Of a stretch of DNA of 64,000 nt, positions 17,300 through 25,476 are shown piece after piece (positions within the stretch are counted from its first letter, which is position 1; every line of letters begins with the position of its first letter). The DNA is taken from assembly GCA_963707865.1 (NCBI GenBank), contig OY970175.1:630028-694027 (forward strand), written 5' to 3'. A program made the position numbers and the translations under genes. This DNA comes from an uncultured bacterium (GTDB lineage: Bacteria > Patescibacteriota > Minisyncoccia > UBA6257 > 2-01-FULL-56-20). The notes beneath the pieces are model-generated. The model had not been told where the DNA came from. It saw only the letters and a program-made list of their open reading frames with translations, and did not search any database.

Positions 17300-19204
17300 T
17301 TGATTATGAATCAGCGCATAAAAAATTTATTGAGAGATAATATGAGATGGTTTGTGATAGCTCTCGCGGCATTATTAATCGTATGCGGGCTTTCGATTTA
17401 TTTCTTTTATTCAAACGAATCAACCAAATCGGTCGCGGCCAGAACCCCTCAAGAACTTTTAATTGAAAACGTTGGGCTTGCCGAGTTCAACCCGCAAAAC
17501 GATGCAACTGCCACTGTTGTGTCGTCCCAAGAGAAAACGATGGGTCAAGCGGTGATAACTGCCGGACAGCTTGCCGGAGATGGTACTGATAAAGCAAAAG
17601 TTCAACAAGCCATAGATGCGTTGGGCGGGATTATAAAACAATATCCTGATTTCTCGGCCGTTTATATGCAAAGGGCGATGGATTTATTACTCCTAGGAAG
17701 TACGGATTACCAGAGCATCACACAAGATGTTGATAATGCCATCAAGTTTTGTGGCAAGGGTAAATACAACATAGAGTCGATTGGCTGCGACTCGACTGCA
17801 CCAATGTATGCACTAAGAGCGAAGGTGGACGTACTTTCCGGTAACTACCAACAGGCGATAAATGATTTAGAAACAGCCGTCGATATAGACCCGAGCAATT
17901 TGGGAGATGTCTTCAACACTGGAGGAGTCAAGCCTAGCGACACCTCAAATCCGACGGCACTACAGGAGGCGGACTTCAACGCTATGGTCGCCCAATATCC
18001 AAACGATTACCGTTCTTATCTTTTCCGGGGGCTATTTTGGAATGAATTTTCTTTTTATGACAATTCATATTACGCTCCTGCCGTCAAAGACGTGAAAGAA
18101 GCTATAAGCCTAAACCCGAATTCGTGGGTGGCGAATTATATTCTTGGAAGCATCTATCAAAAAGGGGCGACGTGGATTTACTCATGGAAACTCAGCGGCG
18201 GAACTGCGGCTTACGATAGTGCTCGCGCTACGGTGAACCAATCTGCCGTGCAATATTTCAATATAGCCATACAACTGAATCCTAGCTCCACTATTGCATA
18301 CAGCGACGCGGCGGAAGCTCTTTCGGAATTAAACCAATATCCGCAAGCTATAGCCGATTATAATAAAGTTACGGAACTAGACCCCACTAATTTCGGGGCG
18401 TTCAATGATAAGGCGCTGGCGGAAGAATCCACTAGTTCAAATAGCGACTATTATAGTGCGATAGATGATTTTTCCGAAGCAATCAATTTACAATTAGCGA
18501 CTTCCTCTCATAAGTATTTGGAAGGAAGCTATCAAAGCCGCGGAGATGCCTACGTTCACCTCAACGAATACGCTAACGCCATCGCCGATTATAGTAATGC
18601 CATAGGCCTCACTATTGCCAACGATGCTATATTGATGCCAGTCTCCCAGTTTAGGGCTATATATCCGGAGTTTAGCAGTGTATCAGATGCAAACTTAGTC
18701 GAAGGGTTGCGCCAAAAATATGACCCGAATATCAGCCCTACAGACTTTGCAGCTCAGATAGCAAAAATTAGCCAACCCTTTGAGGACTCAATTTTGGCTG
18801 GCCTTTATTCTAGTCGTGGGGATGCGTATTGGAGTGAAAATAATTTCAAGAAGGCCGTGGCGGAATATACTAGGGTTGCTGGTGCCGATTCTACTTACGA
18901 CCTTAACAGATGGAAGATGTTTTCTAGCAACCTCAATACTACTAGCTACTTAGATACGCAAACGTTAGATGTCTCTACGAGTACGGTGTCCTTGTGGGTC
19001 AGGACGATTAATAACAATACCTCGAACTACAACGAGCAGAATTATCAGATTGATTGCGCTGGGAAAAGGATACAGTCCCTTACGTCCGTGAGTTACGATG
19101 CTTATGGCAATGAATTGAATACTCTTGGACAACAGGGTTGGGAGAGCGTTATTCCTCAAAGCATGGGGGAGGTTCTCTATAACGGAGTTTGCTCGTCTCA
19201 GTAA
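17300..19204 (+). CDS. Exported TPR-repeat protein with C-terminal surface-adhesin-E-like domain
   Basis: N-terminal TM/signal, many TPR motifs (AIADYNKVTELDP), C-terminal YLD...LWVR...IDC...YDAYG...W..VIPQS.GE.LY..VC. Confidence 0.8.
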   Translation: MIMNQRIKNLLRDNMRWFVIALAALLIVCGLSIYFFYSNESTKSVAARTPQELLIENVGLAEFNPQNDATATVVSSQEKTMGQAVITAGQLAGDGTDKAKVQQAIDALGGIIKQYPDFSAVYMQRAMDLLLLGSTDYQSITQDVDNAIKFCGKGKYNIESIGCDSTAPMYALRAKVDVLSGNYQQAINDLETAVDIDPSNLGDVFNTGGVKPSDTSNPTALQEADFNAMVAQYPNDYRSYLFRGLFWNEFSFYDNSYYAPAVKDVKEAISLNPNSWVANYILGSIYQKGATWIYSWKLSGGTAAYDSARATVNQSAVQYFNIAIQLNPSSTIAYSDAAEALSELNQYPQAIADYNKVTELDPTNFGAFNDKALAEESTSSNSDYYSAIDDFSEAINLQLATSSHKYLEGSYQSRGDAYVHLNEYANAIADYSNAIGLTIANDAILMPVSQFRAIYPEFSSVSDANLVEGLRQKYDPNISPTDFAAQIAKISQPFEDSILAGLYSSRGDAYWSENNFKKAVAEYTRVAGADSTYDLNRWKMFSSNLNTTSYLDTQTLDVSTSTVSLWVRTINNNTSNYNEQNYQIDCAGKRIQSLTSVSYDAYGNELNTLGQQGWESVIPQSMGEVLYNGVCSSQ

Positions 19205-19219
19205 TTATTATTTTGCACG

Positions 19220-19260
19220 TCGAAAAAATTCACGGCCATGCGGCCGTGAGCTATTTTTTG
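19220..19260. terminator. Probable bidirectional terminator
   Basis: aaaaaa-tt-cacggcc-atgc-ggccgtg...tttttt between the TPR gene and repeat A right copy. Confidence 0.7.
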
Positions 19261-19678
19261 TGGGGGAGAAATTTTGGCACCACCGGACGAGGTGAAGCCC
19301 CCGAAGACACGAGCAACATTGTGGCCAATGTAGCGCGAGTGTCGGAGGGGGCTGAACATACCCAATCGGGGGTATTGTCGGGGGTCGGGGTTTTCAAGAA
19401 AAGCTAAGCTCTGCAACGGCCAGATGGCCGTCAGGGTAGTCAACTGTGATTGACGGGGTGATTGACTAGGCAAACCGGAGTGAAGTAGGACTTTGGATTT
19501 TCGGGTCGGTTGGTCAAAAAGACCAAGCAACACGGGGCAATCCGCGCCCGCTACCCCTTCAAATTGAGCATACCCAATTGAAGGGGTAATTGAAGGGGTA
19601 AACAGCTTCGGAATGTAGGGGTAAAACGGCTATGGTAGACTCTCAAAATACAGTCGAGCGGACTGGTACAGAGCCACA
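19261..19678 (-). repeat. 418-bp inverted repeat A, right copy
   Basis: Reverse complement of 15892-16309. Confidence 0.95.
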
Positions 19679-19832
19679 AGAGTAGAGACTAAATCCTTAT
19701 TATAAAAATTCAGCCGCGCTTCGCGGAGCGAAGCGTATGGTGTGGTGGGGGTAAATTCGATACGACGATTTTTGAGAAGTATGTTCGAGCCGAAGATTTT
19801 TTGGGCGGACGATTTTTGGAGGGGTAAGGAAG
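19630..19832 (-). pseudogene. Duplicated 3' end of the serine recombinase with its presumed native C-terminus (spans the intact attP)
   Basis: Minus strand reads SLPLQKSSAQKIFGSN...DLVSTLVALYQSARLYFESLP*. Confidence 0.8.
19675..19832 (-). repeat. 158-bp inverted repeat B, left copy
   Basis: Exact reverse complement of 22520-22677; overlaps repeat A by CACA (19675-19678). Confidence 0.95.
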
Positions 19833-19835
19833 TCG

Positions 19836-20291
19836 TTATTTTTGAGGATGAGAAGAATCCCAGATTTTTAATATCTCTACATCGGCAGGAATATCATAGT
19901 CCGGTGCGAACTCATTGATTTTTTGAATCCGGCGCGTAGCTCTCTGCTTGCTAGCGTACTCAACATTTCTTTTACAAACATCAGGTTTTTTCTCGAAGCA
20001 CTGTATTTTTATTTCGACGCTAGGCACCGCTTTTTTGATTATGCTGATAAATTGTTCGCGTCTTTCTTTTGCACACCAAGCTATATCAGCAACAGCGCAG
20101 TTCTTCCCACTTTTTAATTTGGCGATTAGCTCGTCGTAGTGCAAACTATCTTCGACTTCGTCCGATGGAGCGTCAGCATGATAGTCGTGATAGACGCAAT
20201 CGCTGGCAATTTCACCCGATTTAATGAGTTCTTTAAGACGAAATGATTTCCCCGAGCCGGGCAAACCGATGATAACATTTAGTTTTGCCAT
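19836..20291 (-). CDS. Small P-loop NTPase/kinase (AAA_33-like)
   Basis: VIIGLPGSGKS Walker A, CAVAD Walker-B-like, C.KRN lid motif. Confidence 0.75.
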   Translation of the reverse strand: MAKLNVIIGLPGSGKSFRLKELIKSGEIASDCVYHDYHADAPSDEVEDSLHYDELIAKLKSGKNCAVADIAWCAKERREQFISIIKKAVPSVEIKIQCFEKKPDVCKRNVEYASKQRATRRIQKINEFAPDYDIPADVEILKIWDSSHPQK

Positions 20292-20307
20292 GTTTTTTAA
20301 TTAACTT

Positions 20308-20904
20308 TTAAGCACCATCCTCTAAAGAGCGGTCATCTAACACAAAGTTGATTTTGTCGCTCCTCTTGATAATAACCTCTAAATCTAAGTCGTCGTTACT
20401 AACTCTAATCACGGGGGTAATGCACTTGAAGCTAAAAATAATTTCATCCCCATCTTTAATAATTAATTGAATGTCTCTTATGACTTCGTAAAGACTAGCT
20501 CTGAAATTTTCCCAATCGAACTTGCCATCATATCCAATCTCTGGAAAAAAGTTAATAATATCTTCCTTTAAGCGGAGGAGTCCATAGTCGCGGAAACAAT
20601 CCCGTATTTTATTGGTCATTGCATCTAACCAATCGAGATGGCCTAATGCGTTTGGTTTGTTCGCTTCCGCCTTAATTAACGCATCGACATCTTTGAATAC
20701 TTTATAGGAAGCTCCGTGGAGGTACGAGTGGCAGACCCAATCTCTGTAAAATTTTATTTGATTGTATTTACCATCGCCGAATTGTTTATCGTATTTCCGT
20801 TCCAAAAATTTGTATGACTCTACAAAGAAATAGACCACGTCTCGTTCAGAATAAGTCTTCTGGCATATAACGTCTTTTATCTTCGTTTCTATGTCGCGTG
20901 TCAT
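20308..20904 (-). CDS. Hypothetical protein (possible HEPN/Abi-like RxxxxH)
   Basis: 198-aa AT-rich ORF containing YRDWVCH. Confidence 0.65.
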   Translation of the reverse strand: MTRDIETKIKDVICQKTYSERDVVYFFVESYKFLERKYDKQFGDGKYNQIKFYRDWVCHSYLHGASYKVFKDVDALIKAEANKPNALGHLDWLDAMTNKIRDCFRDYGLLRLKEDIINFFPEIGYDGKFDWENFRASLYEVIRDIQLIIKDGDEIIFSFKCITPVIRVSNDDLDLEVIIKRSDKINFVLDDRSLEDGA

Positions 20905-20911
20905 GTTTTAA

Positions 20912-21118
20912 TCAGCTTAATAATCTGTTTATAGGCACAGCTAAGGCCTTTGCGATTTTCTCAATTCCTCCTATAGATATATTCCGCACGCCGCGCTCGA
21001 CACTACTTATGTAAGCAGGGTGAACGCCCAAAATCTTGGCGAGGTCGCCCTGCGACAGCTTCTTTTTGAGGCGCACCTCTTTAACTTTTTTGCCAAACCT
21101 TGCTGATATGTCGGTCAT
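20912..21118 (-). CDS. XRE-family HTH regulator (C-protein-like)
   Basis: FGKKVKEVRLKKKLSQGDLA...YISSVERGVRNISI..IEKIAKAL. Confidence 0.92.
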   Translation of the reverse strand: MTDISARFGKKVKEVRLKKKLSQGDLAKILGVHPAYISSVERGVRNISIGGIEKIAKALAVPINRLLS

Positions 21119-21192
21119 ATTTAGAGCTTGCGTTAATTCTACCGCCCATTATATGATTGTTCTATATAAAACAATTGTTTTATACTATCCTT

Positions 21193-22941
21193 ATGACCTC
21201 ATATTTCCTCTACGCCCGAAAATCCACCGATGTCGAAGATAAGCAGGTGCGCTCCATCGAAGACCAGCTCGCCGTCTTGCGTGCCTTGGCTAAGCAGGAG
21301 AACCTTCATATTTCCGAAGTGTTTGTGGAGAAACAATCGGCGAAGCGTCCGGGTCGTCCCGTGTTCGGCGAGATGGTTCGGCGTATCAACGAGGGAGAAG
21401 CGCAGGGCATCCTCTGTTGGAAGCTCGACAGGTTAGCCCGCAATCCGGTGGACGCGGCGCAGATAAGCTGGATGTTGCAGGAGGGCATCATCGAACACAT
21501 ACGGACGAACGACCGCGACTACCAGCCAAGCGACAACACGCTCCTTATGAATATGGAGTTCGGGATGGCGAACCAATATATTCTCGACTTGAGCGCGAAT
21601 ACGAAACGCGGCCTCCATGAGAAAGCGAAGCGGGGAGAGTATCCGAGCGTTGCCCCATTGGGCTATCAGAATGACTCGCGCACAAAGCAGATTGTCGTGG
21701 ATAGAAAAGAGTCGGTTATCGTCCGCGAAGCCTTTGAGCTGTATTCCCGCAATCAGTCCCGCCTTGAGGACATTTCAAAGTTCCTTTTCGATAAGGGCAT
21801 CCGCACCAAAGCTAACAACCGATGGATGAGCGAAGGCGGCAGGACGTGGAAACGCGACCAGATTACGGCGTTCCTATCGAACCCCTTTTATTGCGGCTTG
21901 TTCCGCTACGCCGGAGAGATTTTTGAAGGCAAATATACACCTATCATTTCCAAGCAACTGTTCGATAAAGTCCAAGCCGTCTTGAAGGAGCGGAGCAAGC
22001 CGCAGGTGAGAACCAAAGAACCGAAACCATTGTGCGGTTTGTTCCGTTGCGGCGAGTGCGGCCGGATGATTACGGCCGAAGTGCAGAAAGACCACACCTA
22101 TTATCGTTGCAGTAAGAAAGGGGTCGTCTGTTCCCAGCCCTATATCAGAGAGGAAGTTTTAGCAGTTCAACTATCCGATATACTAAAAGATTTCGCCGCG
22201 CCTTCGGATTGGGCGGTAGAACTTTCAAGAATGGCTGATGCCGACGAAGCGAACGCCATGCAATCCTCAATCGCGGCGAGCCAAGCCGTCAGAGAGGAGA
22301 TGCGGGTCATATCCCAAAAACTCCAGCGACTCCATCGGCTCTATTTGGACGAAGATATAGAGCGCGAGACCTATCTCGCGGAGAAGGAAGACCTCCTCTC
22401 CCGCCGGAAGTCGCTGGAAGGGAAACTCACCGGACTGGGCAATGGGTATCTGGCTTGGCTCGAACAGATGCGAGAGTGGATAAAAGACACATCATTACTT
22501 GGTGAAACTAGCGTTTCATCTTCCTTACCCCTCCAAAAATCGTCCGCCCAAAAAATCTTCGGCTCGAACATACTTCTCAAAAATCGTCGTATCGAATTTA
22601 CCCCCACCACACCATACGCTTCGCTCCGCGAAGCGCGGCTGAATTTTTATAATAAGGATTTAGTCTCTACTCTTGTGCCCGGGGTCGGAGTCGAACCGAC
22701 ACGTCCTTGCGGACAGCTGAGTTTAAGTCAGCTCTGTCTACCGGTTTCAGCACCCGGGCAAATCGGGTTGGAGGCCACGGCGGGAATCGCACCCGCGTAT
22801 AGCGGTTTTGCAGACCGCTGCGTTAGCTACTTCGCCACGTGGCCGTGCCTCAATCTTACTTTTTTAAGAGCGCTTTTTCAACCGCCGCAGCGTTCTCCAC
22901 GCCATGATCAAGGGATATCGATATCCGCGGCATCGGTTTGA
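21193..22941 (+). CDS. Large serine recombinase; in the integrated state it reads through attR into antisense tRNA genes
   Basis: YARKS, KLDRLARN, APLGY, CGECG...YYRC, coiled coil; codons after 22677 are antisense to tRNA-Leu, tRNA-Cys and rbfA. Confidence 0.92.
   Translation: MTSYFLYARKSTDVEDKQVRSIEDQLAVLRALAKQENLHISEVFVEKQSAKRPGRPVFGEMVRRINEGEAQGILCWKLDRLARNPVDAAQISWMLQEGIIEHIRTNDRDYQPSDNTLLMNMEFGMANQYILDLSANTKRGLHEKAKRGEYPSVAPLGYQNDSRTKQIVVDRKESVIVREAFELYSRNQSRLEDISKFLFDKGIRTKANNRWMSEGGRTWKRDQITAFLSNPFYCGLFRYAGEIFEGKYTPIISKQLFDKVQAVLKERSKPQVRTKEPKPLCGLFRCGECGRMITAEVQKDHTYYRCSKKGVVCSQPYIREEVLAVQLSDILKDFAAPSDWAVELSRMADADEANAMQSSIAASQAVREEMRVISQKLQRLHRLYLDEDIERETYLAEKEDLLSRRKSLEGKLTGLGNGYLAWLEQMREWIKDTSLLGETSVSSSLPLQKSSAQKIFGSNILLKNRRIEFTPTTPYASLREARLNFYNKDLVSTLVPGVGVEPTRPCGQLSLSQLCLPVSAPGQIGLEATAGIAPAYSGFADRCVSYFATWPCLNLTFLRALFQPPQRSPRHDQGISISAASV
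22520..22677 (+). repeat. 158-bp inverted repeat B, right copy (inside the recombinase gene, ends at attR)
   Basis: Exact reverse complement of 19675-19832. Confidence 0.95.
22676..22759 (-). tRNA. tRNA-Leu(TAA)
   Basis: Anticodon arm GCTGA-CTTAAAC-TCAGC, long variable arm, GTTCGA; 3' end is the integration site. Confidence 0.93.
22769..22844 (-). tRNA. tRNA-Cys(GCA)
   Basis: Anticodon arm GCGGT-CTGCAAA-ACCGC, U discriminator, encoded CCA, T loop TGCGATT. Confidence 0.93.
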
Positions 22942-23182
22942 TATTGATCTTTTTCATCAAAAGATACTGAAGATAGCCCGCGCGTTTTTGGAGTTCGGCG
23001 AGTGCGGCGTCGCCCGCGGACGACGGGATCGCGCTCACGCTGACCTTTGCACGCTCCAACTTTTTATCCACCGTGACCCCGGTGATCGTGACGAACGCAT
23101 CGGGAAACTCAACCTCGCGGATTATGATCTTCGCAAGCTCCTCGCGTATCAATTTGCTCACCCGCTCCGAGCGAAAGTTCAT
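22856..23182 (-). CDS. rbfA: Ribosome-binding factor A
   Basis: RSERVSKLIREELAKII...VTITGV...P.I...LD; follows infB. Confidence 0.92.
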   Translation of the reverse strand: MNFRSERVSKLIREELAKIIIREVEFPDAFVTITGVTVDKKLERAKVSVSAIPSSAGDAALAELQKRAGYLQYLLMKKINIKPMPRISISLDHGVENAAAVEKALLKK

Positions 23183-24705
23183 TTGCGTATGACCAAGGTG
23201 TCTCCGACCTGCACGGTAACCTGCGAGCTTAAAAGAACGCCGATCTCTTTCCCTTTCTCGGCTTGCGCTATTTCCGATTTTTTCTCCCGCAAGCCAAGTA
23301 CTCTTCCTGTGCCAACTGACTTCGCGGGCTCTTCGATTGCGGCGGCTCCCTCGGCTCCTCCGACCACTGCGGTTCCCGCACGTCGCATTATCTCAAACGT
23401 GGACTTCCCGCGGAAGATACCCTTCGTCACGCGACCGCCGACAAGCTGCTTGTCTAATTTTTCCTGATTGAAAACCGCGAGCACCTCAAGTTCACCCGCC
23501 GTCGCGGGACCCAGTTTCCCCGTGAGGAAATCCTCCACGGCTTTTGCAAGATCATAGACGATGTCCGAGGTAATGATCATGACAGTCTGCGCCTCCGCAA
23601 GGTTCCTCGCTCCCTTCTCCACTTTATTTTTGAACCCGATGATCGTAGCGTTCGTCGCCTGCGCGCGGCGCACGTCGCCGTCGGTCACTTCGCCCACGGA
23701 TTCCTCAACCACATTGATCTCTTTACCTCCCTGCTTATTGACACCCTTCAAAACAACCGAAAGCGCCTCAAGCGACCCTGCGTCAGATGCTTTAAGGATC
23801 AAGTTCAGGGTGTTCGGCTTGGACTTTGCGATCTGGGTCGCGGCCGCGTCCTGTGCCTGCGGCGATTGTGCTTCCCTCAATTCTCCCACAGCGAACACTT
23901 CGCCCACCTTGGGCAATTTCTCAAAACCAATGACTACCGCCGGGGCTGACGGCTCCAAGGCAGAAACAGCTTTCCCCATAAAATCCTCAAGTATCTTCAC
24001 CTTGCCGCTTGAGGTGTGCGTCTTTATCGCGTCGCCGCGGTGGAGCGTTCCATCTTTTATGATCACGCTTGCTTCAATGCCCCGCCGCGGGTCGCGCCGC
24101 GTCTCAAGCACGTAGCCGGAGGCCGGCGCTTTTGGGTCATACGTCAAATCTTCCATATCGGAGGCGAGCAACGCAAGGTCAAGCAGCTCGTTCACTCCTT
24201 CACCTGTTTTCGCAGAAACCCCGTGATAGCTCACCTGTCCGCCGTAACCCTCCAGCATCACGCCCACATTCATCAAATCCGTTTTCGCTTTTTCAAGATT
24301 GCCGCCCTGCACCTTGTCAATCTTATTGAGCGCCACAATGAACGGCGTTTTCGTTTCGCCCAAAATTTTGATCGCCTCCTTTGTCTGCGGCTTCACACCT
24401 TCGTCCGCAGCGACCACAAGTATTGCAAGATCCGCCGCCTGCGCGCCCCGCGCGCGCATCGCCGTAAAGGCCTCATGCCCCGGCGTGTCGATAAAAGTGA
24501 TCTTGCGCAACGCGCCGCCACCCGTCGGCTGGTGCGCAATCTCATACGCACCCACAGCTTGCGTGATACCGCCCGCCTCGCGCACTGCAACGTTCGTCTT
24601 CCGAATGCAATCCAGAAGCGTCGTCTTTCCATGATCCACGTGTCCCACCACGACCACGATCGGCGGCCGCTGTTTTTGATTTTTCACCGAGATTTTGTCC
24701 ACCAT
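23179..24705 (-). CDS. infB: Translation initiation factor IF-2 (short N-terminus)
   Basis: [39 protein letters not shown]; start placed at ATG 24705. Confidence 0.97.
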   Translation of the reverse strand: MVDKISVKNQKQRPPIVVVVGHVDHGKTTLLDCIRKTNVAVREAGGITQAVGAYEIAHQPTGGGALRKITFIDTPGHEAFTAMRARGAQAADLAILVVAADEGVKPQTKEAIKILGETKTPFIVALNKIDKVQGGNLEKAKTDLMNVGVMLEGYGGQVSYHGVSAKTGEGVNELLDLALLASDMEDLTYDPKAPASGYVLETRRDPRRGIEASVIIKDGTLHRGDAIKTHTSSGKVKILEDFMGKAVSALEPSAPAVVIGFEKLPKVGEVFAVGELREAQSPQAQDAAATQIAKSKPNTLNLILKASDAGSLEALSVVLKGVNKQGGKEINVVEESVGEVTDGDVRRAQATNATIIGFKNKVEKGARNLAEAQTVMIITSDIVYDLAKAVEDFLTGKLGPATAGELEVLAVFNQEKLDKQLVGGRVTKGIFRGKSTFEIMRRAGTAVVGGAEGAAAIEEPAKSVGTGRVLGLREKKSEIAQAEKGKEIGVLLSSQVTVQVGDTLVIRK

Positions 24706-24772
24706 AACGAATGAAATGTAGCAGAAAATCTTGATAAAAACAAGTTTCTCGTGTACCATGACGAAGTAGTTT

Positions 24773-24859
24773 GGAGGCGTGGCTGAGCGGCTTAAAGCAG
24801 CATCCTGCTAAGATGTTAAGGGAGAAATCCCTTCGAAGGTTCGAATCCTTCCGCCTCCG
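24773..24859 (+). tRNA. tRNA-Ser(GCT)
   Basis: Anticodon arm GCATC-CTGCTAA-GATGT, long variable arm, GTTCGAATCC. Confidence 0.95.
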
Positions 24860-25006
24860 CAGACAACATTTCTTATCGTGGAGCGCCTCGCTTAAGGCGG
24901 TAGTGCGACCGAGACATATTTTCTCTTAAAGAGGTCCAGTGTGAGTAAGTAAAGAATGATATAATTCTTGAAAGGTCGCGTACTTAATTAACCTCATTTT
25001 AAAAAC

Positions 25007-25162
25007 ATGGTAAAAGGAAACTTTCTTGGTGCGGCGATTGTTGCAATAATCTACACGATCTATATTTTATGGAATCCCCTTCCACCGACCCCACAAAAAG
25101 CATTATTAGTGATTCTTAATGCTTTAACTATCGTGTTGATGGCTTTTGCATTCAAAGGGTAA
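25007..25162 (+). CDS. Small two-TM membrane protein (51 aa, below ORF track cutoff)
   Basis: MVKGNFLGAAIVAIIYTIYILWNPLPPTPQKALLVILNALTIVLMAFAFKG*; TATAAT at ~24960. Confidence 0.6.
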   Translation: MVKGNFLGAAIVAIIYTIYILWNPLPPTPQKALLVILNALTIVLMAFAFKG

Positions 25163-25476
25163 AAGGGGGAAATAATAGCCGTGCAGTTCGAGTCCTAGCG
25201 CGGTGCGGTTTATAAAATCAAGATTTTGCAATGCTATTTCGGGATAGGACACTAGTACGACCGAACTAGTTCGAGTCGTAGTGCCCCCGCAGGGTTGCGC
25301 GCCCGTTCGAGGGACAGTCCCCCTACATTTTTCAATGCTTAGAGAGGTTCAGATTAGGCGACGAATTTAGGGGTTTGTCTGTCAGTCCAGAACTTTCCAT
25401 ATGTAGGCAGCATAGAGGTTTCTTCCGAGTCGGCACAGGCCTTCCAGAATAGGTATCCCGGTCTTGATCCTCTGTC

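Larger units (their letters stand above)
15892..22677. mobile_element. Integrative serine-recombinase element at the tRNA-Leu(UAA) 3' end, made of two inverted-repeat modules
   Basis: TGTG direct repeat at both ends (15892-15895, 22674-22677), two internal IR pairs, recombinase, lower-GC cargo. Confidence 0.88.

Noticed and set aside
15892-19678. Composite transposon with IS ends
   Set aside because: The repeats encode no transposase and form half of a serine-recombinase attP region.
22678-22941. C-terminal ~87 aa of the recombinase as a real domain
   Set aside because: It is antisense tRNA-Leu, tRNA-Cys and rbfA sequence gained at attR.
24897-24906. ops/JUMPstart-like GGCGGTAG
   Set aside because: Single short match with no long operon downstream; expected by chance.
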